Assembly: GCA_050287845.1 (NCBI GenBank)
Contig: JBNKCR010000081.1
Coordinates: 1 to 47,341 of the forward strand
Reading direction: 5' to 3'
DNA: 47,341 nucleotides
Source of the DNA: Polyangia bacterium
GTDB lineage: Bacteria > Myxococcota_A > Polyangia > JAAYKL01
The first letter of the stretch is position 1. Every line of letters starts with the position of its first letter. Position numbers and translations under genes: made by a program. The notes under the pieces were generated by a model. That model saw only the letters and a program-made list of their open reading frames with translations, searched no databases and was not told the DNA's origin. Shown piece by piece: positions 19,330 to 28,304 of the stretch.

Positions 19330-21425
19330 GCTTTGCATCTCCTTTCATGCTGCTCGGCATGTTGCTGCTCTGCCCGCTGTTCTGGCTACACCTCAAGCGA
19401 CGCCCCAGAAAAATCGTGTCGTTTCCAACCCTGTTTATTCTGCGCAAAGTTCTTTCCCGGCAGCAGAAACGGTCCAAAGTGCGCGAATGGCTGATTCTCT
19501 CCATTCGCGCGTTGATGATCATCGCGTTTTCCGTGGCCCTGGCCAGACCCGCGCTGACCGTCTGGCGTCCCGGTGGAATCCGTTCCGGTCTTCCCCTGTC
19601 CCAGGTGATTCTGCTCGATAATTCCGCCAGCATGCATCAGGCCATTGAGTCCAGCGGTCCCAACGCCGTGACCGCGTTCGATCGCGCCCGACAGATGGCG
19701 CTGGCCGAGCTGGGACGGCTGCGTCCCCAGGACTCGGTGGGAGTGATTCTGACCGGCCAGCCGCCACGACTGGTGACCGGCGAGTTAACCACCGACAAGG
19801 AACAGGTGGCGCTGAAACTCGCGGAACTCAATGCGGGCTTCGCCGCGGATGCCACCGACATGGCCATCCTCAAAGCGGAGCGCCTTCTGGCCGCGTCGTC
19901 TTCGGCCCAGAAAGAAATACTGGTCATCACCGACCTGTGCGGCGCGCCGATTAAAAAAGACACACTCCGCAATATGCACGCCACCCTGCGCATTGTCGGC
20001 ACCTCGCCTTCCGCACGGTCCGGCGCCAATGTGGCCATCACCCGGGTGGAGGTGGCCCCCGCCGGTGGACACGAAGCCCGGGAAGTCTCCATCCGGGCCG
20101 AAATCAGCAATACCGGCGCCGCGCGAAAAAAAGTGGATGCTGAACTGAACATTGACGGAAAGCCCGTGGCCAGGGGCCTCCTTACCCTGGCGCCCAGACA
20201 GAGCAGTGTGAAGGAGTTCCACCACCGATTTGATCAGAAGGGTATCCATTTCGGCTATGTAAAAATTCAGGACGACACCTTCGAAGCGGATAACATCCGC
20301 TATCTCGCCACCAATGTGCGACGATCCATCAGTGTGCTGGTGATCAACGGCGACAGTCGGCCGGGGTCCTATCTCGACGAAACCTTTTATCTCAAAAAAG
20401 CGCTGGAAACCCCGCTGCCCGGTGAAGTCCCCATCCGTTCTCAGGTGATGACCCCCGATATCGCCCGCGTCACCCCCTTCGATGAATACGATGTGGTGTT
20501 CCTCGCCGGGCTGGCCACCGTTTCATCCGGACTGGGCGAGCGACTTGTCCGCTATGTGGAAGGAGGGGGCGGACTGTTCATCACCGCCACCAAAAATCAG
20601 AAGCTGACCCATCTCGATGCGGTGATGCCGGCCGAAGTGGCGGGAACCAGAACCGCCGACCGGAAAAAACATTTTAAAATTGGCGCCACCCGCATATCTC
20701 ATCCCATCTTTCATACCCTGCGCGCCGAGAGTACGGGACTGGAGACCACACAGATAGACACCCATCTGATTCTGCGCCCCAACCCGGCGGTGGAGCGGGA
20801 AGTCCTGATTCAGCTCAAAGACGGTCTTCCGCTGCTGGTGGAACGCAAAATTCACAACGGTACCGTATTGCTGCTCACCACCACCGTGGATCGGGACTGG
20901 GGAGATTTACCTATTCGTCCCGGATTTCTGCCCCTCATTCAACGCAGTACCCGCTATCTCGCCAGAAGCCTGGAGCACCGGGAACCGCGCAGCATTGATG
21001 TGGGCCGCGCCATTTACCTGCCGGTGATGGAAGGCATGCAAAAACTGATTGCCCTTGGACCCAATCGGCAACGCACCGTATTCAGCGCCAACAGACTCAC
21101 CGGAAAAACCCGCATCCGATTTCACAATACCGGAAAGCCGGGGGCATACCACATCTGGGGAGAAATGCCCGAATCCGGCGGCCTTGCCGAATTGCCATCG
21201 TCTGCGTTCGTGGCCAATATCGCGCCCTCCGAATCCGACCTTTCGGTAAAAATGAAGGAATCGGGTGAGGTGTCGCGAAACGAAAAGGACATGTACACCG
21301 CACTCGAAGGAAAATTGCCCATCTGGTCACACCTGCTGCTGGCAGGTCTCGCACTCATCCTCCTCGAATCGCTGGTGGCCGGCATGGGCCTTCGAAAATC
21401 TCACCGCAAACGCGTTCTGGAGTGA
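19326..21425 (+). CDS. BatA-type N-terminal double-TM and vWA domain protein
   Basis: MSFASP.....L.P...HL.......FPTL..L, LARP, MIDAS-like DNSAS, C-terminal TM (W..LL...L....ES). Confidence 0.88.
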   Translation: MSFASPFMLLGMLLLCPLFWLHLKRRPRKIVSFPTLFILRKVLSRQQKRSKVREWLILSIRALMIIAFSVALARPALTVWRPGGIRSGLPLSQVILLDNSASMHQAIESSGPNAVTAFDRARQMALAELGRLRPQDSVGVILTGQPPRLVTGELTTDKEQVALKLAELNAGFAADATDMAILKAERLLAASSSAQKEILVITDLCGAPIKKDTLRNMHATLRIVGTSPSARSGANVAITRVEVAPAGGHEAREVSIRAEISNTGAARKKVDAELNIDGKPVARGLLTLAPRQSSVKEFHHRFDQKGIHFGYVKIQDDTFEADNIRYLATNVRRSISVLVINGDSRPGSYLDETFYLKKALETPLPGEVPIRSQVMTPDIARVTPFDEYDVVFLAGLATVSSGLGERLVRYVEGGGGLFITATKNQKLTHLDAVMPAEVAGTRTADRKKHFKIGATRISHPIFHTLRAESTGLETTQIDTHLILRPNPAVEREVLIQLKDGLPLLVERKIHNGTVLLLTTTVDRDWGDLPIRPGFLPLIQRSTRYLARSLEHREPRSIDVGRAIYLPVMEGMQKLIALGPNRQRTVFSANRLTGKTRIRFHNTGKPGAYHIWGEMPESGGLAELPSSAFVANIAPSESDLSVKMKESGEVSRNEKDMYTALEGKLPIWSHLLLAGLALILLESLVAGMGLRKSHRKRVLE

Positions 21426-21442
21426 TTGTTTCAAGTTGGTTT

Positions 21443-23947
21443 TCAGTACGCGTAGGGTCGGGCCTGTTTCAGGACCAGGGCGCGGTCACCTGCAAGCAGT
21501 TTGAATTCGATGTCGAGGGCCAGCACGTATGCGGGTTTGTCGTACAGCTCGGCAAAGTGATTCTGCACTTTGGTGGCCGCCACATGCAGAGCGGTAATTT
21601 CTTCGTCGGTCATGATGGGGCTGTCAGGAGACAGGGACGAATACGACAGGCGGGCCGCCTGAACCGTCCCCGGCTGAGTGCCGCGAATGATGGTGAAAAT
21701 TTCGGGGCTGTACATGCCTTCCGGATTGGTGACCGAAATTTCTCCCAACTGTACGTTGACATACATCCCTTCCAGGGTGGGATTGCCAATATTCTGCGTA
21801 ATCAGCACCCCGTTGGCGGCCTCTTCGCCGAATGACTGATTCACCGCCACACCCATGCGGGTGGAGAGATGGTCAATGTTCCAGAAACTGCGTTCCTCAA
21901 AGGCGCGCCAGTTCCAGACCGACGCCCACACCTTGCGGATTTCCAATGAAGCGCGGTCCTCCCCGGTGGCATATGCCGATTTGGAATCGTACAGACCGGC
22001 GCCGGAAAATCCCGGAATATCTTCGGTATTGGTGCTCGATCGCAGTCGTACCTTGTCGGCGCCGAACACCTCCGCGACCCGGGCATCCAGCGCCGTGGCA
22101 AAGGCGAAATCCATGGTGCCGTTTTTAATCAGGTAGCGCAGACCAGCCAGGGTCGCCTCCCGCAGGCGGGTATCCCGGGCAACTGTTTCATTTTGAATGA
22201 TGGCGGCCGCATACGCCGAAAAAGTCATGCCGTCCGATGCCCGGCAGATGGTCTGCGCACCGGTGCAGATATCCGTGCTCCGTCCCTCGGCGACACAATC
22301 CACCTGCGCCCCATCACATGCGTCTCCTGTTACCGTGTTGATATCCATGTACATCTGGTAATAATGGAATGGCACGGCAAATCCGCGGGGTCCCAGGGCT
22401 CCGAGCAACTGATGCAGTTCCGCCAGGTTGGCCGCCTTGGCGCCCACGCAGACCCAGTCGCTGAAACCGATTTCGGTAAACAGGGGCAATCCGGTGTAGG
22501 TGGTATCGCTCTCCAGGGTGACCGGGGCCTTCTGTTGCGACGCCCAATGGGCCTCCGCTTCGGCAAGGGTGGTTTCTGCCAGGCTGTATCCGTCGTCGGT
22601 CACTTCAAAGCGAACCATCTTTCCCAGCAGTGGCGCAACATCCGGGTGGGTGGTGGCGTCCGTCAGAGTAAGATTCGGCGTTCCCCGATTTTTCGCCATC
22701 ACATTCACATGGGAAAGGGGGGTTTGAAACTCCCGGGTAATGGTTCCCCCCACAATGGGCAGCTGGATGGGCAACACCGGCAGCACCAGAATATCCCGAT
22801 ACGAAAAGGCCTCAGCTTCCAGGGCGTCCAGATCCGCCAGCCGCAGGGTGCCATACGCAAGACCGGTATTCATAATCTGCCATGACTTCTGTTTGTATAT
22901 TTCACTGCGCAGCACCCAGCCTGCGTCCCACTCATCGAACAGCGACTCTTCCGCTTCGAGCTCCGCTTCCTTCTGCGCGCCCGCGGGCATGTAATACAAC
23001 CTTTGGCTTTGCCCCTGCAGTGCCGCCACCCCCAGACGCTCCTCAATTAACCGGTACACCAGCCGCGCCTGTGCGACGGACAGATTGTCGCTGGGAAAGA
23101 AACTGAGCTCAAATGGGCTGACAATGGGGGCACCCAACCGCTCACTGTCCGCTTCCACCGTGGCGTGATACATAATGGCCCCCGCCATGATTTCCCGTTC
23201 TCCTTCGGCATAAACTTTCTGGGTGAACTCCACTGACCCAAGGGGCAACTTCAGGACGTCCCGGGCAAAAATGTAGTGAATCGGAAACTTCGAGGTATTC
23301 ATAAAATACACCACCGGGTTGGTGTGGGGGTTCATTACAATGAACTTCACCGCATCCACCGCGCCGGTTTCCGACTTTGTCCGATAGGCCATCGACAGGA
23401 AGGCGTCGAGCTCGCCCGGTGCAAATCCCGTGCGATATAAATCGTCCACCTCATACGGCGCCAGGGGAACAAGCGCCACCGGATAAAAGGGAACACCGGC
23501 TTGCCGGGAAAGGGTCTGGGGCGAAACGGTCTGAGAAACAAACCCATACCCCCGAGCCTTTACCGTCAGATGAAAAACGCCGGTCACCGTCTCGATTCGC
23601 ACGCCTGTGGGGGTGCAGGAAATCCCGGGGTCCGCCGCAGGTGCATCATTGCTGCAAACGGCGCGAGTCACCGATGCATCGCCGGCCACCACCGTCACCC
23701 AGTAGGCAGGCATCGCTGTGGCGCCTTCAAATCCCAGGTGCACCTCTACCGGCGCAGGGGGAAAATCGTCGGTAGCGGATTCAGAATCGACGAGCCCCGT
23801 TCCGGTATCCACAGTGGCAGTATTGGAATCCACCGCACCGGTCTCTGACTCCCGCCCCTTGCTTTTTCCCTTATCGCTGCAACCGCACAACATCCCCCAA
23901 ATCACCAGAATGGTCACAATGCCATAAAATCTGAATATCTCCTGCAT
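21443..23947 (-). CDS. Lipoprotein with a PEP/pyruvate-binding (PPDK_N-like) domain
   Basis: Lipobox LCGC, PLSHVNV.A.NRG.PN, GAKAANL, RLRSSTNTED..GFSGAGLYDS, DIEFK....LKQARPY. No C-terminal swivel His domain. Confidence 0.82.
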   Translation of the reverse strand: MQEIFRFYGIVTILVIWGMLCGCSDKGKSKGRESETGAVDSNTATVDTGTGLVDSESATDDFPPAPVEVHLGFEGATAMPAYWVTVVAGDASVTRAVCSNDAPAADPGISCTPTGVRIETVTGVFHLTVKARGYGFVSQTVSPQTLSRQAGVPFYPVALVPLAPYEVDDLYRTGFAPGELDAFLSMAYRTKSETGAVDAVKFIVMNPHTNPVVYFMNTSKFPIHYIFARDVLKLPLGSVEFTQKVYAEGEREIMAGAIMYHATVEADSERLGAPIVSPFELSFFPSDNLSVAQARLVYRLIEERLGVAALQGQSQRLYYMPAGAQKEAELEAEESLFDEWDAGWVLRSEIYKQKSWQIMNTGLAYGTLRLADLDALEAEAFSYRDILVLPVLPIQLPIVGGTITREFQTPLSHVNVMAKNRGTPNLTLTDATTHPDVAPLLGKMVRFEVTDDGYSLAETTLAEAEAHWASQQKAPVTLESDTTYTGLPLFTEIGFSDWVCVGAKAANLAELHQLLGALGPRGFAVPFHYYQMYMDINTVTGDACDGAQVDCVAEGRSTDICTGAQTICRASDGMTFSAYAAAIIQNETVARDTRLREATLAGLRYLIKNGTMDFAFATALDARVAEVFGADKVRLRSSTNTEDIPGFSGAGLYDSKSAYATGEDRASLEIRKVWASVWNWRAFEERSFWNIDHLSTRMGVAVNQSFGEEAANGVLITQNIGNPTLEGMYVNVQLGEISVTNPEGMYSPEIFTIIRGTQPGTVQAARLSYSSLSPDSPIMTDEEITALHVAATKVQNHFAELYDKPAYVLALDIEFKLLAGDRALVLKQARPYAY

Positions 23948-24131
23948 AATGGTCCCCCTGGTTGTTCACTTCATTGATTAAAGCAGAAAATCCGCGGACC
24001 GAACAGTCCTATGACAGAAACACCGTCGTTTTGAAACGGAGTATACATTGACCGAACCGTATTGCGGATTGTGCTTTCCGCCATCCGGGAGGGAATCCCT
24101 CTGAAACAGCTGCGCGAATCGGAATCAGGAA

Positions 24132-26627
24132 TTAATGGATAATGTCGCTGTTCACCGGCTCAAAGGCGTCAATGAGATCGAACAGGAGCATCCCCTGTCT
24201 GGACTGGTCCACGATGACCAGGTCATTGTTGGGGGCCACATCAATATCGGTGATGTCCGCGCCCAGAGATGCCGACATGGGATTGTATCCGTTGATGGAT
24301 GTAAAGGAAAAACTCAACGAGTCATAGCTCGCCTTGCGCTTTCCATTCAGTTCATCATCAATCACCCCCAGCTTGAACCGGAGAAACTGATTTTCAAAAA
24401 TCAAATCATCCACCTTGTCACATTCCACCTTCTGGCCACCTTCCACCTCTTCGCCACAATTCACCTCTGCCGATTCAAACACCCGACTGGTTTTCCACGG
24501 TTTGGAATCCCGTTGTTCCCACGGCACACAGTGCCCGTTCTCCATGCTGCCTTCCCGTTGAAACCGGGTCTGGGACCCGGTCAATACCCAGGAATCGTTT
24601 GCCCGAATCCGGTAGCTGACCACCTGGCTGAAACACTCCTGGGTGGGCAACGGCGCATACAGGGTTCTGTACACTTCGGGAGCCACATCAATCGGTTGAA
24701 TGCGGATGGTCTGCTCATCAATCACCTCGGTGATCTGATACAGCTTTTTCAAATCGTCATTTTCATACATGCTGCAATTGGTCGCCGGATTGAACGGCGA
24801 CGGTTCCGACGTCACTTCGAGGAGGTCGCCCCTGTAATTCCGGAATTTCTCATACACGCCAGCGGACTGATTCTCCGGATAAATATCCCATATGTTCGGA
24901 CCGGCCGGACCCAGCAGACCCGATTCGCAATACCGCTTGTATTCGTCGTGCAGCACAATGGACTCCCCCGGAACCGACAGGGAGTCCTCCCAGATTCCCG
25001 CCCCCGAAATACCGATATAGCCCTCGTACTCCAGCTTCCAGGATTCCTGAGAACTCAACCGGCGGTCACACCTGAAGTATACATTCACTCCATCGTCCAC
25101 CTGCACCATCCGAAACCCTTCGGGGTTGTTCACGCACGGATCAAGTGCGGGGGCAGCCTCCACCTTCGCCTCTGTCAGATCAGTATCGCCAAGCGCCAGA
25201 AATGGATTGTCATAATTCAGAGAATCATCGTCTCCCTTGAGCTGCGGATCACCGGGCACCTCCGGATAAATCAGTTTCCCGTCGTCGTCATACCAATCGT
25301 TCCCTGAACGCAGCGTGTGGGGATATGAGGTGTACTGTTCCACTTCCGCGGCCAGTTCATCATCCACGGCCACATCCACCACATAAATGGCGCGATGGGT
25401 GGTGGATACCAGCGCGAAGGTTCCATTGAATGTCGCCGGTCCGGGATGTTCATCTGCGGCCAATGATTCCGAGAAGCGTACCATCCGCACCTTGCGGGCA
25501 ATGCCCGGAACTTCAATGCTGTAAGGCTGATTGCTGTTGGACCAATCCCAACCGTTCACTTCCACCAGTTCTCCGGTCTGTAAATCGAGCACAATCACCC
25601 CACCCAGCTCCCGCTCCACGATATACATCCAGCGCTCCAGTTCCGGTTCAATGGACATATCCCTCACGGTGAACACGTCCGTGTCCATCCGTCGAACCAT
25701 CACTTCTTCCGCAGCCAACGCCGATGCCTCCCCATTCTGAACAAACGCCCGAATCGCCCGATCCACAAATATCTCCCGCTGAATTTCCGCAATGTAGCCA
25801 CCACCCCCATCCACGCCACCATTCTGAGCGCCAACATACAGGGAAGATGTCTTTTTCGATGCCACCATGGCAATGGGGGAAATACCTGCCGGACGCTCAT
25901 CCACCACGTCGCTATCCGGATTCAGGGTGCTGTCATCCAGTCTCACCCAGCCCACCACGCCCTCGGGAATCGTATAGGCATTTCCGGCGGCATCGGTATA
26001 TTCGTATTCTGACAGACATACCACCGCCACACGACCCACGGTCGGCTGGGCGACAAATGCAAAATTACCCTGCATGGTGCTGTTTTGGGATTCGGCACCG
26101 CTGACCTCTGAAGCAATCAGAATCCGTATGGGCGCATAATCCAGATTCACCGTCCGCGCCATTTTTCCAAGGGTAAGCGGACCTTCCTGTGCGGACCGTT
26201 GGCTTCCTTCAATCGCGGTCTTCACATCAATCACAGAAATATCTCTGGTCCCGAAATTAGCGGTGTATATCTTTGTTCCATCCGCCGACGCCGCAATATC
26301 CTGCGGTTGCCCGCCAACAGGCACAAAACTGTTGAACGGTATGCGTTTTTCCTGATCGATAATCTTATAATCTTCCAGATTCACTACCGCCACTTCGCCA
26401 TACTGGGTCTGCGTCACAAACGCGTACACTTCGGCGTCGGTGCGCTCACTGTTTCGGCAGGAATCAATGGGCAACGACACTTGCTTTTTATTGTCAAAGC
26501 ACACCAGCGCCACATCCTGCGGTTGATTGAACTGAGCAATATCCGCGTCGTCAATCTCTTCTTCACACGCTGGAATCGCCAAACCACATACACATAAAGC
26601 AAGGGCTTTAAAAATCAATGATCGCAC
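24132..26627 (-). CDS. Large lipoprotein, YncE/YVTN-like beta-propeller
   Basis: Lipobox IPAC; VPVGGQPQDIAASADGTKIYTANFGTRDISVID propeller blade. Confidence 0.7.
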   Translation of the reverse strand: MRSLIFKALALCVCGLAIPACEEEIDDADIAQFNQPQDVALVCFDNKKQVSLPIDSCRNSERTDAEVYAFVTQTQYGEVAVVNLEDYKIIDQEKRIPFNSFVPVGGQPQDIAASADGTKIYTANFGTRDISVIDVKTAIEGSQRSAQEGPLTLGKMARTVNLDYAPIRILIASEVSGAESQNSTMQGNFAFVAQPTVGRVAVVCLSEYEYTDAAGNAYTIPEGVVGWVRLDDSTLNPDSDVVDERPAGISPIAMVASKKTSSLYVGAQNGGVDGGGGYIAEIQREIFVDRAIRAFVQNGEASALAAEEVMVRRMDTDVFTVRDMSIEPELERWMYIVERELGGVIVLDLQTGELVEVNGWDWSNSNQPYSIEVPGIARKVRMVRFSESLAADEHPGPATFNGTFALVSTTHRAIYVVDVAVDDELAAEVEQYTSYPHTLRSGNDWYDDDGKLIYPEVPGDPQLKGDDDSLNYDNPFLALGDTDLTEAKVEAAPALDPCVNNPEGFRMVQVDDGVNVYFRCDRRLSSQESWKLEYEGYIGISGAGIWEDSLSVPGESIVLHDEYKRYCESGLLGPAGPNIWDIYPENQSAGVYEKFRNYRGDLLEVTSEPSPFNPATNCSMYENDDLKKLYQITEVIDEQTIRIQPIDVAPEVYRTLYAPLPTQECFSQVVSYRIRANDSWVLTGSQTRFQREGSMENGHCVPWEQRDSKPWKTSRVFESAEVNCGEEVEGGQKVECDKVDDLIFENQFLRFKLGVIDDELNGKRKASYDSLSFSFTSINGYNPMSASLGADITDIDVAPNNDLVIVDQSRQGMLLFDLIDAFEPVNSDIIH

Positions 26628-26647
26628 GGTATCAGTATCCTTTGGAC

Positions 26648-28072
26648 TTAGGGTTTACCAATTCTGAGAATCAACGGCGCAGCAGCGCTGCCCGCTTCCA
26701 CCACCCGAATCAGATTGAATGGCGCAACAGATTGAATCATCGTGATGGTCGATTCCGTGAAATTGGCAATATAGGCAATTTTGCGCCTGCTATCAAAAGT
26801 AATATCCTGCGGACCGGAACCGGTCTTCCGAATGACCGGAACCATGTAATCGGCATCCACGATGTAGACCTGCCCGGAGGTGAAGCACAGAATGTATGCG
26901 TACAGCTTGTCATCCAGGGGATCGTCGGGATCCTGCTCGTCCACAAAGGTTTCCACCTTTGCCGACTCCCGGCAAACCGTGGCCATATCCGAAACTCTGT
27001 ACCGCTGCAGGTCCAGTTTGAGCAGAGCCGGAGGATTCTGGGTGATCACGAATCCGGTGTTGCCGTCGGGAGAAACCGCAATATCCCTGGCGCCGGTACC
27101 GTACATAATTTCGCCATTAATATCGATGGAACGGGTCTGACCGAAAGACGGATCGGTGAGGTAACTGCCCCCCTGGCGCCAATCGGTCTGTACCTCCAGC
27201 ACTGCCACCCGGGAAACATCATCCCGCTGGCCCACCAGATAAACTTCCTGTCGTTGGGGATTTGCGACAATCCCGGAAGCGCCCTTCAGTACCCCATTGA
27301 GTACACCGAGGAGACTGTTGTCCGCTACGGGGAACGATTCTCCGGCCTGCTGACGGGATACGGAAAACAACGAAACGTCGCCGCCGGCCCGATGGGAGGC
27401 AAATCCCAATGTATCGGTCACCTGCACGCCATTTTCCTCATGAACGTAATCCATGGTTGCCACATCGTATGGCTCAATGGGGAATCCAAACTGCCCATTC
27501 CCGGTAATTCGGTGATCATCGTCACACCGCTTATCGTCGTTGTCGGATTCACCGCAATCCAGGAGATTTGCACCACTGGCAATATCCACGGTGATAATCG
27601 TCTGCTCACCGCGGACGGGGATGAGTGCGCGGTCACCGGCCGGTGTGATATTCAATTCACTGGCGTACGCCCCGAGCCGAATCGTTTCATTGGCCAAAAT
27701 CCCCGCTGCGGCATCGAGGTTACAATATGTGCCCGTTCGGCCGCCGGTACAGAACTGACCGAACGAAACCCCCGCGGGTAACGTCAATACCCCGGTCGCT
27801 GTATCGTAAGATGTCGGTTGTCCCCCAATGGCATCCAGGGTGGACAGAGAATACGCCACCAGCGTCCCCGCATTGTACTCCAGCCAGAAATTCGAATTCA
27901 CCACCAGCAAATGGCTGTCATCCAGAACCGAGGACAATGCAACCGGATAAATCAATTCATCGCTCGGGGGATCAATACCGTCAGTTTCCCCAAGACATCC
28001 GGAAAGAAGGACAGACAGGGCAATACAGGATACTAAACATAATTTATTTAATTGTCTCTTTATCGGTTTCAT
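26648..28072 (-). CDS. YncE-like beta-propeller lipoprotein
   Basis: Probable start ATG 28072, lipobox LSGC; blades ARDIAVSPDG and GSGPQDITFD....AYIANF..STI. Confidence 0.72.
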   Translation of the reverse strand: MKPIKRQLNKLCLVSCIALSVLLSGCLGETDGIDPPSDELIYPVALSSVLDDSHLLVVNSNFWLEYNAGTLVAYSLSTLDAIGGQPTSYDTATGVLTLPAGVSFGQFCTGGRTGTYCNLDAAAGILANETIRLGAYASELNITPAGDRALIPVRGEQTIITVDIASGANLLDCGESDNDDKRCDDDHRITGNGQFGFPIEPYDVATMDYVHEENGVQVTDTLGFASHRAGGDVSLFSVSRQQAGESFPVADNSLLGVLNGVLKGASGIVANPQRQEVYLVGQRDDVSRVAVLEVQTDWRQGGSYLTDPSFGQTRSIDINGEIMYGTGARDIAVSPDGNTGFVITQNPPALLKLDLQRYRVSDMATVCRESAKVETFVDEQDPDDPLDDKLYAYILCFTSGQVYIVDADYMVPVIRKTGSGPQDITFDSRRKIAYIANFTESTITMIQSVAPFNLIRVVEAGSAAAPLILRIGKP

Positions 28073-28304
28073 CAGAAGCCGGATACTAGACGAAAGCCCC
28101 CGGCTTAGCAAGTCACGTTTTCTGATTCTTTTGAATGTCGCAAACAATACGGAATTCCTCAGGTTTCAGAGCAAAATACCGTTCGGTTGCCCGTTTGGCC
28201 GGCGGCTCCTGTCGGCCAACGTCGGTTTTGGCCAAAACGATGCCACCGCGCTCCCGGGATCCCGCCAATTCGTGGTGGCATGGCAATTGAGACCGACGGC
28301 GTGC

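Noticed and set aside
24135..27781. Long + strand ORFs (390 and 387 aa), and similarly 36854-37900
   Set aside because: Antisense shadows of well-supported minus-strand genes.
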